From positions 1 to 47,460 of the forward strand of contig DASSBK010000160.1 in assembly GCA_035698825.1 (NCBI GenBank): DNA of 47,460 nucleotides. Direction: 5' to 3'. Below the pieces are notes generated by a model that saw nothing but the letters and a program-made list of their open reading frames with translations, ran no database searches and was not told the origin of the DNA. The translations under genes were made by a program, and so were the position numbers. This document shows, in pieces, positions 36,691 to 46,930 of this stretch (its first letter is position 1; each line of letters opens with the position of its first letter). The stretch is from Gemmatimonadota bacterium (GTDB taxonomy: Bacteria > Gemmatimonadota > Gemmatimonadetes > JACCXV01 > JAHWKZ01).

Positions 36691-38024
36691 GCCTGCCCGG
36701 CCTCCACCCGGTCCAGCTCCGCTGCCTGCCGGAAGAACTCCTCCCGGCCGAGCCCGGCACCGTACGCGTGCGGCCACTCGCCCCCGGAGCCGGCGTCCGG
36801 GCCGGTCCGTCGCGCCAGGCGCCGGACCGTCTCCGCGGGACGCGGTCCCGCCCACCGCTCCAGGCGCCCCGTGGCCGCAGGGACGGGCGGCGGGGCGGCC
36901 GGAGGCAGGGGCGGCAGCGCCAGGACGCCCGCGAGCGCCCGCTCCCATGCCTCGATCGAGCGCTCGGAACTGTAGCGCCCGCGCACGAGCTCCCGCCCTC
37001 CCGCCGCCAGCCGGTCGGCGAGCGCGGGCTCTCGCGTGAGCCGGGCCAGACGTCGTGCCGCCGCCTCGACATCGGCCGGTTCGAACAGGAGCGCATTCTC
37101 CTCGTCTCGCAGCGCGCCCTCGAGCCCGGAACCCAGGTAGCGGGACGCGACGACGGGCACACCCGCGGCCATCGCCTCCCACGCGACCAGTGGGCCCGTC
37201 TCCCAGGCCGATGGAACGATCAGCGCGTCGATCCTCCCGTAGAAGAGCGTGGGGAGCTCGCTTCCCGCCACCGGTCCGAGGAACACCGTCCGCCCCTCCG
37301 GCATGTCCCGGCGGAGCTTGTCCTCGTCCGGGCCGCCACCGGCGATCGTCCATTCGTGGAGAATGCCCATCTCGTCGAGCGCGCGGGAGACGAGCGGCAG
37401 GTCGCCGACCCGCTTCTGGGATTCCTCCAGCCGGCCGGCGTACCCGATCCGCAGCCGGGAACGGCCTTCGGCGACCCGAGGGCGCGCGGCGGCCCTCGCC
37501 ACGCCGTACGGCGCGTAGAACACCCGATCGGAGGCGATTCCCCCGACCACTTCCAGAAGCCGGCAGGTCAGACGATTCGTTCCAACGGCTCCATCCACGA
37601 CCCTTCGGAAGCGGAGCGCGTCGGCATAGAGCTCGGGCTCGATCCCGTGCACGGTCATGAGGCCGCGCGTCGAACTCCCCGCCGCTCGTACGCGCTGGAG
37701 CGCCGGGAAGAGGTCGGGGATGTTGACCGAAAGCGCGACGTCCGGGCGCTCGCCGGTGAGGGCCCGGACGAGCGCGCGGCAGCGTCCCTCGGGAGTCCCC
37801 GTCGCGCACGGGATCCGGATCCAGCGCTCGTGCGGATGCGACGCGATCAGCCGCTCCGGTCGATGGTGCCGCGGCCCCTCGACCAGTCCCAGTACCGGAT
37901 CCCATCCCTTCCGCGCGAGGCCGGGGACGACGGCATCCAGCCAGCTCGCGAGCCCGCCGAGGAGGTGGGCGGAGCCGGCCACGAACAGGAGCCGCCGCGA
38001 CCGCGGACGGGACATCCGGCTCAT
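36675..38024 (-). CDS. GT4-family glycosyltransferase with a ~100-aa Pro-rich C-terminal extension
   Basis: 449 aa from ATG 38024 (ATGA overlap). RIGYAGRLEESQKRVGDL and PSAWETGPLVAWEAMAAGVPVVAS (EX7E). The tail is ALPPLPPAAPPPVPAATG... of unknown function. Confidence 0.78.
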   Translation of the reverse strand: MSRMSRPRSRRLLFVAGSAHLLGGLASWLDAVVPGLARKGWDPVLGLVEGPRHHRPERLIASHPHERWIRIPCATGTPEGRCRALVRALTGERPDVALSVNIPDLFPALQRVRAAGSSTRGLMTVHGIEPELYADALRFRRVVDGAVGTNRLTCRLLEVVGGIASDRVFYAPYGVARAAARPRVAEGRSRLRIGYAGRLEESQKRVGDLPLVSRALDEMGILHEWTIAGGGPDEDKLRRDMPEGRTVFLGPVAGSELPTLFYGRIDALIVPSAWETGPLVAWEAMAAGVPVVASRYLGSGLEGALRDEENALLFEPADVEAAARRLARLTREPALADRLAAGGRELVRGRYSSERSIEAWERALAGVLALPPLPPAAPPPVPAATGRLERWAGPRPAETVRRLARRTGPDAGSGGEWPHAYGAGLGREEFFRQAAELDRVEAGQACSPR

Positions 38025-39013
38025 CTGGTTCCCTCCTCCCCGGCCGGGGGCCGCCGGGGCTGGACCGGGGGCCGCCGGGGCTGGACCAGGAACCTGGCGG
38101 CGCTCCCCCAGAAGTATCGGCGGCGCAGGGAATCGGGCCGCGACAGAGCCAGGCGCGCCAGCCACCTCCAGCAGCTCCACCGCGGAGCCCCCTCGTGGAA
38201 CATCCGCCATCCGGTCGATATCGCGTCCTCGGTCCTCAGCCGCCGGGCCTGTTTCCGGTCCGCGGACGGCAGCATACGCTCGAACTCGTCGCAGATCCGC
38301 ATCCGCTCCCGGAGGAAGGGATTGTCCACGCCGCGACGACGGGTCACGGTCTTGGACTCCCCGTGGAGGCGGAACCGCGCGGCCGGGGGGCCCGCATGAC
38401 AGACGAGCGGATACCCCGCGGCGACCAGCTTCATGAAGAAGTGCCGATCGAACGCATAATGGTATCGGGTGTCGAACCCCCCGAGCGCGGCCCACTGCTC
38501 GCGACGCCAGAAGACGCCGGGCTGATGAAGGCCGACCCTGCCCAGAACCCACTGGAGCAGATCGTTGGCGGCCGTCTCCGCCGGAACGGAGCCGACCCTC
38601 GAACTGAGCCTGGGGGCAGGCTCGATCCGCTGCGGTCCTTCGGCCGAGAAGTCCTCCACCGGATACGCGTGCCAGGCCCGATCGGGCCCGGACCGGAAAT
38701 CCGCGACTACCCGCGCCAGGCATCCGGGCTCGTACAGGTCGTCGCTGTTCAGGTACCCGACGATCTCTCCGGTGCCCAGGGAAAACCCCTTGTTCAACGC
38801 GTCGGCCTGACCGAGATCGGGCTCACTCACCCAGTGGGCGAGCCGTCCCTCGTAGCGCTGCAGGATCTCCACGGTGCTGTCGCTGCTCCCTCCGTCGATC
38901 ACGATGTACTCCAGATCCGGGAGCCCCTGGTCCAGAACCGATCGCAATGTCTCCTCGATGAACTGCCCTTGATTGAAGCTCGGCGTGACGATCGTGATCG
39001 TCGGTGCCTTCAT
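38021..39013 (-). CDS. GT2-family glycosyltransferase
   Basis: 330 aa from ATG 39013 (ATGA overlap). ITIVTPSFNQGQFIEETLRSVLDQ...YIVIDGGSSDST...YLNSDD. The C-terminus contains the duplicated VQPRRPP. Confidence 0.85.
   Translation of the reverse strand: MKAPTITIVTPSFNQGQFIEETLRSVLDQGLPDLEYIVIDGGSSDSTVEILQRYEGRLAHWVSEPDLGQADALNKGFSLGTGEIVGYLNSDDLYEPGCLARVVADFRSGPDRAWHAYPVEDFSAEGPQRIEPAPRLSSRVGSVPAETAANDLLQWVLGRVGLHQPGVFWRREQWAALGGFDTRYHYAFDRHFFMKLVAAGYPLVCHAGPPAARFRLHGESKTVTRRRGVDNPFLRERMRICDEFERMLPSADRKQARRLRTEDAISTGWRMFHEGAPRWSCWRWLARLALSRPDSLRRRYFWGSAARFLVQPRRPPVQPRRPPAGEEGTR
38046..38087. repeat. Perfect 21-bp tandem duplication inside the 3' end of the GT2 gene
   Basis: GGGGGCCGCCGGGGCTGGACC occurs at 38046-38066 and again at 38067-38087. 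It is in frame and encodes VQPRRPP twice on the minus strand. Confidence 0.9.
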
Positions 39014-39936
39014 CTCTCGCGGACGGTCTCGACGGTCGGCACGCGCGATGCCAGGATCGCGCGCTGCAGATTCTTCCAATAGAGTGTCCGCAGGAGGAAG
39101 TGGGGATTCGCCCTGGCCGAGGCGCCCAGGATCCGGATCGCCAGACGTGACTCCCCTCGCCGCATCAACCGGTCGCACACGAACAGCATCTTCCCCCAGA
39201 TCACCTCCCGCAGAGCGGCGATTCTCTCTCGCTCCAGGTCGCGGCCGTGAGTCCACCCCAGGGCTTCGAGATACGCCAGCAGGCTGTTCTGAAGGATCAC
39301 GTCCGTATTGCCGGCGTGTCGGCGGCACACGACCACCGGATCCGGCCCTCCGGCGACGATGTGCGCCGACAGAATCAGTTTGGCCCACAGGGCGAGATCC
39401 TCGCAGGTTCTGAGGCGCTCGCTGAACCCTTCCGCCTCCACGAAGCATCGCCGCCTGAGGAGGATCGAGTTCGTATTCCACCGGATGCCCGGGCCCGGCG
39501 CCACATCCGGCAGCAGCGAATCTCTATGGGTTTCTCTGGGGGCCCCGTCCTCTTCCTGGACCAGATACCGCTCGGCGACTCCGTCGATCGTGGGATCCCC
39601 GTCCAGCAAGGGCACGGCGACGCGGAACCGGTTCGGGAGCGCGACGTCGTCGGAGTCGAGGAAGCAGACGTAGGCTCCGGTGGACACCCGCACTCCCAGG
39701 TTCCGGGAGGCTCCAGGGCCGTGATTGCCGCCGTCTTCATGCTGGAAGACCCGGATCCGCCCGGAGTGGCCGCGCTCCAGCTCCCGGGCTCCGTTCAACG
39801 TGTCGTCGCTCGACCCGTCGTCGACGATCACGATCTCGAGGCCCGGATAGCCGGTCGCGATCAGGGAATCGACCGCCCCGACCAGAAAATCGAGACGGTT
39901 GCGGACGGGGACGATGACGGACACGGGGGTGGTCAT
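39010..39936 (-). CDS. GT2-family glycosyltransferase (paralog of 34715-35713)
   Basis: 308 aa, ATG start. VSVIVPVRNRLDFLVGAVDSLIAT...VIVDDGSSDDT...GPGASRNLGVRVSTGAYVCFLDSDD. Confidence 0.85.
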   Translation of the reverse strand: MTTPVSVIVPVRNRLDFLVGAVDSLIATGYPGLEIVIVDDGSSDDTLNGARELERGHSGRIRVFQHEDGGNHGPGASRNLGVRVSTGAYVCFLDSDDVALPNRFRVAVPLLDGDPTIDGVAERYLVQEEDGAPRETHRDSLLPDVAPGPGIRWNTNSILLRRRCFVEAEGFSERLRTCEDLALWAKLILSAHIVAGGPDPVVVCRRHAGNTDVILQNSLLAYLEALGWTHGRDLERERIAALREVIWGKMLFVCDRLMRRGESRLAIRILGASARANPHFLLRTLYWKNLQRAILASRVPTVETVRER

Positions 39937-39942
39937 AGGCGG

Positions 39943-40716
39943 TCAGGAGCGTCGGGTCAGTAGTCGTCTGAAGCGCCCGGCGGGACCGCCCCCGTGTTCG
40001 AAGGCCTCCTTGCACCGGTTGTACAGCTCGCGATCCTGGCGGTTGTAGCGTCGGATGACGTCCGCCTCGTTCGGCGTCGGACGCGACGCGTCCGTCGGAC
40101 GGACGACGTTCTTCTCGCGATATGTACCGATCCGCAGCCCCGTCATGCGCCGCAGACGCTGCAGGGTCTCGTCGAATCTCTCGAGGAGCCCGACGAGCAA
40201 AAAGTCTCTCTCGATGTTCGTCCAGGCCTCTTCGAGCAGCGCGCTGTGGTCTTCGCCGTACCCGACGACGGAAGGACCGTAGGGGGCCTGCGCGATGTCC
40301 TCCACACCGCTGATCTGACGTACCTGGCCGTCGTTCACCTCTGTCGTGATCCCGCTCTCCACATAGTCGGCGACCGTCATCTTTCCGCTCACCACCGCGG
40401 AGTGGAGGTAATGGTTCTCGTGCGAGCGCACGAAGTCGAAGTGGGAGACCACGCGGGAGACCGGTTCACGCACGATGGTGAAATACCGCGCGCGTCTCGG
40501 GGCAAGCAGCTCGTGCCAGCCGTAACAGAGGTGGCCGAGGAGCAGTTCGATGCGCTCGCGCTCGGTTTCGGAGAGTCCGGCCAGCTCGTTCCTCGAACCG
40601 GCGATGTTCCTCCCGTCGACCGAAAAGCGACGATCCTCCGGTACCGCCTCCGTGAGAATCGACGTCAACGTGGTGCCCCCGCATTTCGGAATGTGCATGA
40701 AGATCAGGGGCTGCAT
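39943..40716 (-). CDS. Sulfotransferase family 2-like protein (HS6ST-like P-loop)
   Basis: 257 aa from ATG 40716, 5 nt after the wzt stop. LIFMHIPKCGGTTLTSIL (compare the animal 6-O-sulfotransferase HIQKTGGTT type) and YFTIVREPVSRVVSHF (3'-PB type). Confidence 0.75.
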   Translation of the reverse strand: MQPLIFMHIPKCGGTTLTSILTEAVPEDRRFSVDGRNIAGSRNELAGLSETERERIELLLGHLCYGWHELLAPRRARYFTIVREPVSRVVSHFDFVRSHENHYLHSAVVSGKMTVADYVESGITTEVNDGQVRQISGVEDIAQAPYGPSVVGYGEDHSALLEEAWTNIERDFLLVGLLERFDETLQRLRRMTGLRIGTYREKNVVRPTDASRPTPNEADVIRRYNRQDRELYNRCKEAFEHGGGPAGRFRRLLTRRS

Positions 40717-40721
40717 GGACC

Positions 40722-41999
40722 CTATTCCCGAGCCGTCGGGGCCTGCCAGACCAGCAGGGGTGCGATCTCTCCTGGCCGCCCGAGCACCACGTAGTCCGGA
40801 TTCGGCACGTCGAACAGCACGTTGATGGCGGGGCCCTCGACGTCCCTGAGCAGCCAGCCCCGACCGTGGATGGTCGCGCATGGATGGATGTGATAGATGC
40901 CCCCGTTCAGGAGATCGGCTGGTATGACGGCCTGAAGGATATGCGCATCCCGTCCGGTCTCCGTCAGGAGCTCCTCTCGATCGTTGTGAAACGTCTGGAA
41001 CACGAGGCCGCCGGTCAGGGCGTGGAGCTCGAAGCCGATCTTCAGGAAGGGCATGGGCCGCCGGAGCTTGAATTCGAACTCCACCACGACTGGCTCCTGG
41101 CTCTTGAAGTCGGCACGGATGTCCCCTTCGATCGAACGCGTCCTCACGGCCAGGAGTTGAAAGGGCTCGTCTTCCGAAGCGTTCGCGAAACGAACTTCTC
41201 CATACCGTGGCCCGCTGCTGGGGTTCGAGGAGAGGTAGCGGTCGATCGTCTCCGCGGCCGGGCCGTCCATCACGACCTGTCCGTCCTTCAGCAGGATCGC
41301 GCGCTTGCAGAGAGAAGCGATGGCGGACATGTGATGGCTGACGAAGATCACAGTGCGACCCTCCTTCGACACCTCGTCGAGCTTGCCGAGGCATCGCTTC
41401 TGGAAGGCCGCGTCTCCCACCGCCAGGACCTCGTCGACGAGCAGGATCTCCGGCTCCAGATGAGCGGCGATGGCGAACGCGAGCCGCACCCGCATGCCGG
41501 AGGAATACCGCTTGACCGGCGTATCCATGAACCGCTGCACGCCTGAGAATTCGACTATGTCGTCGAACTTCCGCTGGATCTCCGATCGTGTCATTCCGAG
41601 GATCGCGCCGTTCAGGAACACGTTCTCGCGTCCCGTCAGCTCGGGATGGAAGCCCGTACCGACCTCGAGCAGGCTTCCGACGCGACCGTGCAGCTCTATC
41701 CGTCCCTGCGTGGGCATGGTGATCCGGGAAAGGATCTTGAGCAACGTGCTCTTGCCCGCTCCGTTCTCCCCCACCAGGCCGACGACTTCCCCGGTTTCGA
41801 TGCGGAAATCGACGTCCCGCAGAGCCCATATGCGATCCCCCGTACCATTACCCGCGCCGGCGACGTCGCCGACCTTCCACGGCTCGGCGTCGTTCCGCGT
41901 GCGGTGCCACCAGCGCTGAAGGTCCTCCCGCAGAGTGCCGGCTCCGATCATGCCCAGGCGATACTGCTTGGACACGTTTTCGACGCGAATCACGCTCAT
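40722..41999 (-). CDS. wzt: Polysaccharide ABC exporter ATP-binding protein Wzt with a C-terminal carbohydrate-binding-type domain
   Basis: 425 aa. Walker A GENGAGKST, signature YSSGMRVRLAFA, Walker B ILLVDEV. An extra ~170-aa beta-rich C-terminal domain (residues ~255-425) has the length and position of Wzt_C. Confidence 0.88.
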   Translation of the reverse strand: MSVIRVENVSKQYRLGMIGAGTLREDLQRWWHRTRNDAEPWKVGDVAGAGNGTGDRIWALRDVDFRIETGEVVGLVGENGAGKSTLLKILSRITMPTQGRIELHGRVGSLLEVGTGFHPELTGRENVFLNGAILGMTRSEIQRKFDDIVEFSGVQRFMDTPVKRYSSGMRVRLAFAIAAHLEPEILLVDEVLAVGDAAFQKRCLGKLDEVSKEGRTVIFVSHHMSAIASLCKRAILLKDGQVVMDGPAAETIDRYLSSNPSSGPRYGEVRFANASEDEPFQLLAVRTRSIEGDIRADFKSQEPVVVEFEFKLRRPMPFLKIGFELHALTGGLVFQTFHNDREELLTETGRDAHILQAVIPADLLNGGIYHIHPCATIHGRGWLLRDVEGPAINVLFDVPNPDYVVLGRPGEIAPLLVWQAPTARE

Positions 42000-42014
42000 G
42001 CTCGCCCTCTCGGC

Positions 42015-42887
42015 CTATACCGTGTCCATGAAATTGCGTTCGACCCGATTGAAGAGCAGGACACCGCAGATCAGGATCACGAGAGTGAACACGAAGCTGT
42101 AGGCCAGGTGGCCGAAGCTCACCGTGCCGGCTCCCAGGAAGCCGAACCGGAACGCCTCCACCAGCGAGGACATCGGGTTCAGCAGGACCAGCAGCCGGTA
42201 TCCGTCCGGCACCTCTGACAATGGGTACACGATCGGGGTCGCATACATCAGGAGCTGCACCCCGAAGGTGACCAGGTTGCTCAGATCGCGATAGCGGGTC
42301 GTCAGGGAGGACACGATGATGCCGAAACCCAGCCCCAGCGCTCCCATGAGCAGGACCACGATCGGAGCCGCCAGCATCCACGCGTTGGGATCCACCGGGG
42401 ATCCCCGAAATCTGAAGTACACCAGGAACGCGAGGAACAGCGCGAACTGGATTCCGAACGCGATCATGCTGGAGATCGAGATCGAAACCGGAATGGCCAT
42501 GCGCGGGAAATAGACCTTGCCGAACATGCTGGCGTTGGCGATGAACGTACTGGAAACCTTCGTGAGCGTGGTAGCGAAGTAACTCCAGATCACGTAGCCC
42601 GCGAAATAGAACAGAAAGGGCGGCAGGCTGTCGGTCGGGATGCGGGCGATGCGACCGAACACGATCGTGAACGTGACCGTGGTCAGGAGCGGCTGAATCA
42701 CGTGCCACGCGGGCCCCAGGATCGTCTGCTTGTACTGGGCGAGGAAGTCCCGACGCACGAACAACGCGACGAGATCCCGGTATCGCCACAGCTCTCCGAG
42801 CCGGAAATCGAGCCATCTGGTCTCCGGACCCAGAATCGTGACCCATCGGTCTTCGGCCGCGTGGTCGAGTTCACGAGTCACGTTCAT
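42015..42887 (-). CDS. wzm: Polysaccharide ABC exporter permease Wzm (ABC-2 type)
   Basis: 290 aa. LWRYRDLVALFVRRDFLAQYKQTILGPAWHVIQPLL, the typical ABC-2/Wzm/KpsM N-terminal motif, followed by 6 TM segments. Confidence 0.9.
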   Translation of the reverse strand: MNVTRELDHAAEDRWVTILGPETRWLDFRLGELWRYRDLVALFVRRDFLAQYKQTILGPAWHVIQPLLTTVTFTIVFGRIARIPTDSLPPFLFYFAGYVIWSYFATTLTKVSSTFIANASMFGKVYFPRMAIPVSISISSMIAFGIQFALFLAFLVYFRFRGSPVDPNAWMLAAPIVVLLMGALGLGFGIIVSSLTTRYRDLSNLVTFGVQLLMYATPIVYPLSEVPDGYRLLVLLNPMSSLVEAFRFGFLGAGTVSFGHLAYSFVFTLVILICGVLLFNRVERNFMDTV

Positions 42888-42991
42888 CGCTCTCGTTCCC
42901 TCATGTCCGTTGGTGGTCCCGCCCGGTCCGCTCGGTGTCGCGGACCACGGATCGGATCCGATGGACGGCGATCATGCCGCGTGGCGAGGGA

Positions 42992-45141
<2,150 letters not shown>

Positions 45142-45154
45142 GCAGGACCTCGAG

Positions 45155-45871
45155 TCAGATCTTCTTTTGCCGGGTCTCCCAGCGACCGGAAACGCTGACC
45201 CACAGGGATAGAGCGATGAGACGAACGTCGAGCCACAGGGACCGCCTCCGTATATAGAGCAGGTCGTAGCGGAATTTCCTCCTGCGGTCCACGTCCTTGG
45301 GCAGGTACAGAGTGGCCAGGCTGGTGAGTCCGGGAAGTACGCTCATCCGCCGCCGGAACTCCGGCAAGCGGTCCCAGACGGTGGGATTCCCGTCGTCGTC
45401 GTGAACCACCTCCCCGAACGCGAGCGGTCGCGGACCGACGAAGCTCATCTCCCCCTTCATGATGTTGAGGACCTGCGGCAACTCGTCGATGCCGAAGCTG
45501 CGCAGCACGGCGCCTACTCGCGTGACCCGATCGTCTTCGTCGCAGGCCTCGACCACGCCGTGCTTCTCGTCCGAGTCCGGCACCATCGTCCGGAACTTGA
45601 ACAACTCGAAGAGCTTGCCCCCTCGACCCCATCTGCGCTGCCGGTAGAGAACCGGCCCGCCGTCCTCGAGCTTGACCGCCAGCGCGATCAGCGGCCAGGC
45701 GGGTGCGGTCGTCAACAGCAGAACTCCACCGAAGGCGAGGTCCAGGGCCCGCTTCGACAGGGACTCGCTTTCCAGGGGGATGAGTTCTTCGGCGGCGGCC
45801 CCAGTCACGACCGAGAGGGGGCTTGCCGTGGTCGTGGCGGGGAATGGCGCCGCAGATGGCGATGGTGTCAC
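45155..45871 (-). CDS. Small monotopic phosphoglycosyl transferase (bacterial sugar transferase family), the initiating enzyme
   Basis: 238 aa. GTG start 6 nt after GGAG. SKRALDLAFGGVLLLTTAPAWPLIALAVKLEDGGPVLYRQRRWG, KFRTM, DELPQVLNIMKGEMSFVGPRP and LPGLTS. Confidence 0.85.
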   Translation of the reverse strand: MTPSPSAAPFPATTTASPLSVVTGAAAEELIPLESESLSKRALDLAFGGVLLLTTAPAWPLIALAVKLEDGGPVLYRQRRWGRGGKLFELFKFRTMVPDSDEKHGVVEACDEDDRVTRVGAVLRSFGIDELPQVLNIMKGEMSFVGPRPLAFGEVVHDDDGNPTVWDRLPEFRRRMSVLPGLTSLATLYLPKDVDRRRKFRYDLLYIRRRSLWLDVRLIALSLWVSVSGRWETRQKKI

Positions 45872-45949
45872 GCAGTCTCCTTCGTAGGCGTATAGGTCCC
45901 GAAGTCGACCCGGACTTCGCGCGAAAGATCCCCCGGAAATGCCCGCAAG

Positions 45950-46930
45950 TCAAGTCGCAGGGCGGGATTCGCTCAACCGCGTTTCGATCTCCGCAGACCG
46001 GCGCGGAGTCATCAGCGAGTGGAGGATCTTCCACGTTCGCGGATAGGTGGATTCGAGGCCCGCCTGACGCGCCGCGACGAACCACTCGAATAGGTCGCGT
46101 GGCGTGTCGAGGTCCCGTTCCGGCGCGAGCATGCGGAACGCGATTCCGCGCTCGGCGAGGCGGTCGCGGACGGCATCGAGCTCGCGGCCCGTGCTCCAGG
46201 GGATGTCCCTGAGGAGACCCGCAGCAGTTCGCGCGAAGCCGATCAGATAGAGGCCTCCGTCGTCGGCCGGACCAAGCACGACGGGCGCCGTTTCCAGGGC
46301 GCTCCATGCTTCGCCGATCCGCGCGATCGTCAGCCCCGGGCAATCGCTTCCCACGACGACGACGCGACCCGCCTTGCCGCGCTGGATCTGCCCGACCACC
46401 GCCTCGATCCGCTCGCCGAGATCTCCGGGCGGCTGAATCAGGAGCCGGCGCCGGGGACCGAGAAGACGCTCGAGGTGCCGCCGGCTCGTGGCGGGCGTGA
46501 AGGCGACCGTCAGGCGCGCGTCCGCGGATTCGGCGACCTCGATCGTGTCGACGAGGAGCGCCCGGTACAGGTCCGCGGCCTCGTCGGCCCCGAGCGCCGG
46601 TGTGAGGCGGGTCTTCACGCTCCCGGGGATGGGCGCCTTGGCGAAGATCGCGACCTCGGGGCGTGGCCCGCGCGGGCGCGACGGCCGGCTCGCCGGCCGT
46701 CCGCGGCCCGCCGCAGCGGCACGCGGCCTGCCGGCGCCGCGCCCCTTGCCTCGTTCCTTCCCACCGGACCGCCCCTTCCCGCCGGGACGGTCGCCCTTCG
46801 CGCCGGTTCCGCGTCCCTTCCCACCCGCTCCGCGTCCCTTCGCGCCGGGCCCGCGACCCTTCCCGCCCGGTCCCCGCCCCTTGCCGCCGGAGCCGCTCCG
46901 GCCTCCTCCGCCGGTGGGCCGATCCACCAC
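45950..46930 (-). CDS. DUF2064/TIGR04282-type glycosyltransferase-like protein with a ~90-aa Gly/Lys/Arg-repeat N-terminal extension
   Basis: Core: VAIFAKAPIPGSVKTRLTP...VVVGSDCPGL...GPADDGGLYLIGF. There is no ATG/GTG/TTG between the core and GTG 46930/46927, which directly follows the upstream TAG, so the repeat region appears to be translated. Confidence 0.65.
   Translation of the reverse strand: MVDRPTGGGGRSGSGGKGRGPGGKGRGPGAKGRGAGGKGRGTGAKGDRPGGKGRSGGKERGKGRGAGRPRAAAAGRGRPASRPSRPRGPRPEVAIFAKAPIPGSVKTRLTPALGADEAADLYRALLVDTIEVAESADARLTVAFTPATSRRHLERLLGPRRRLLIQPPGDLGERIEAVVGQIQRGKAGRVVVVGSDCPGLTIARIGEAWSALETAPVVLGPADDGGLYLIGFARTAAGLLRDIPWSTGRELDAVRDRLAERGIAFRMLAPERDLDTPRDLFEWFVAARQAGLESTYPRTWKILHSLMTPRRSAEIETRLSESRPAT
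46730..46888 (-). repeat. Degenerate 21-nt (heptad) coding repeat, [G/A]-K-G-R-G-x-G
   Basis: Minus-strand translation gives GGKGRGP GGKGRGP GAKGRGA GGKGRGT GAKGDRP GGKGRS GGKERG KGRGAG. The plus strand shows the matching CCCTTCCC/CCCTTCGC periodicity. Confidence 0.8.

Noticed and set aside
36645-38399. Long plus-strand ORFs, for example 36645-38399 (584 aa), 341-1489, 1435-2649, 10079-11857, 13581-14879, 28255-29310 and 29274-30488.
   Set aside because: Each is antisense to a well-supported minus-strand gene, has low-complexity Arg/Pro/Asp-rich composition and shows no motifs. These are typical GC-rich antisense shadows.
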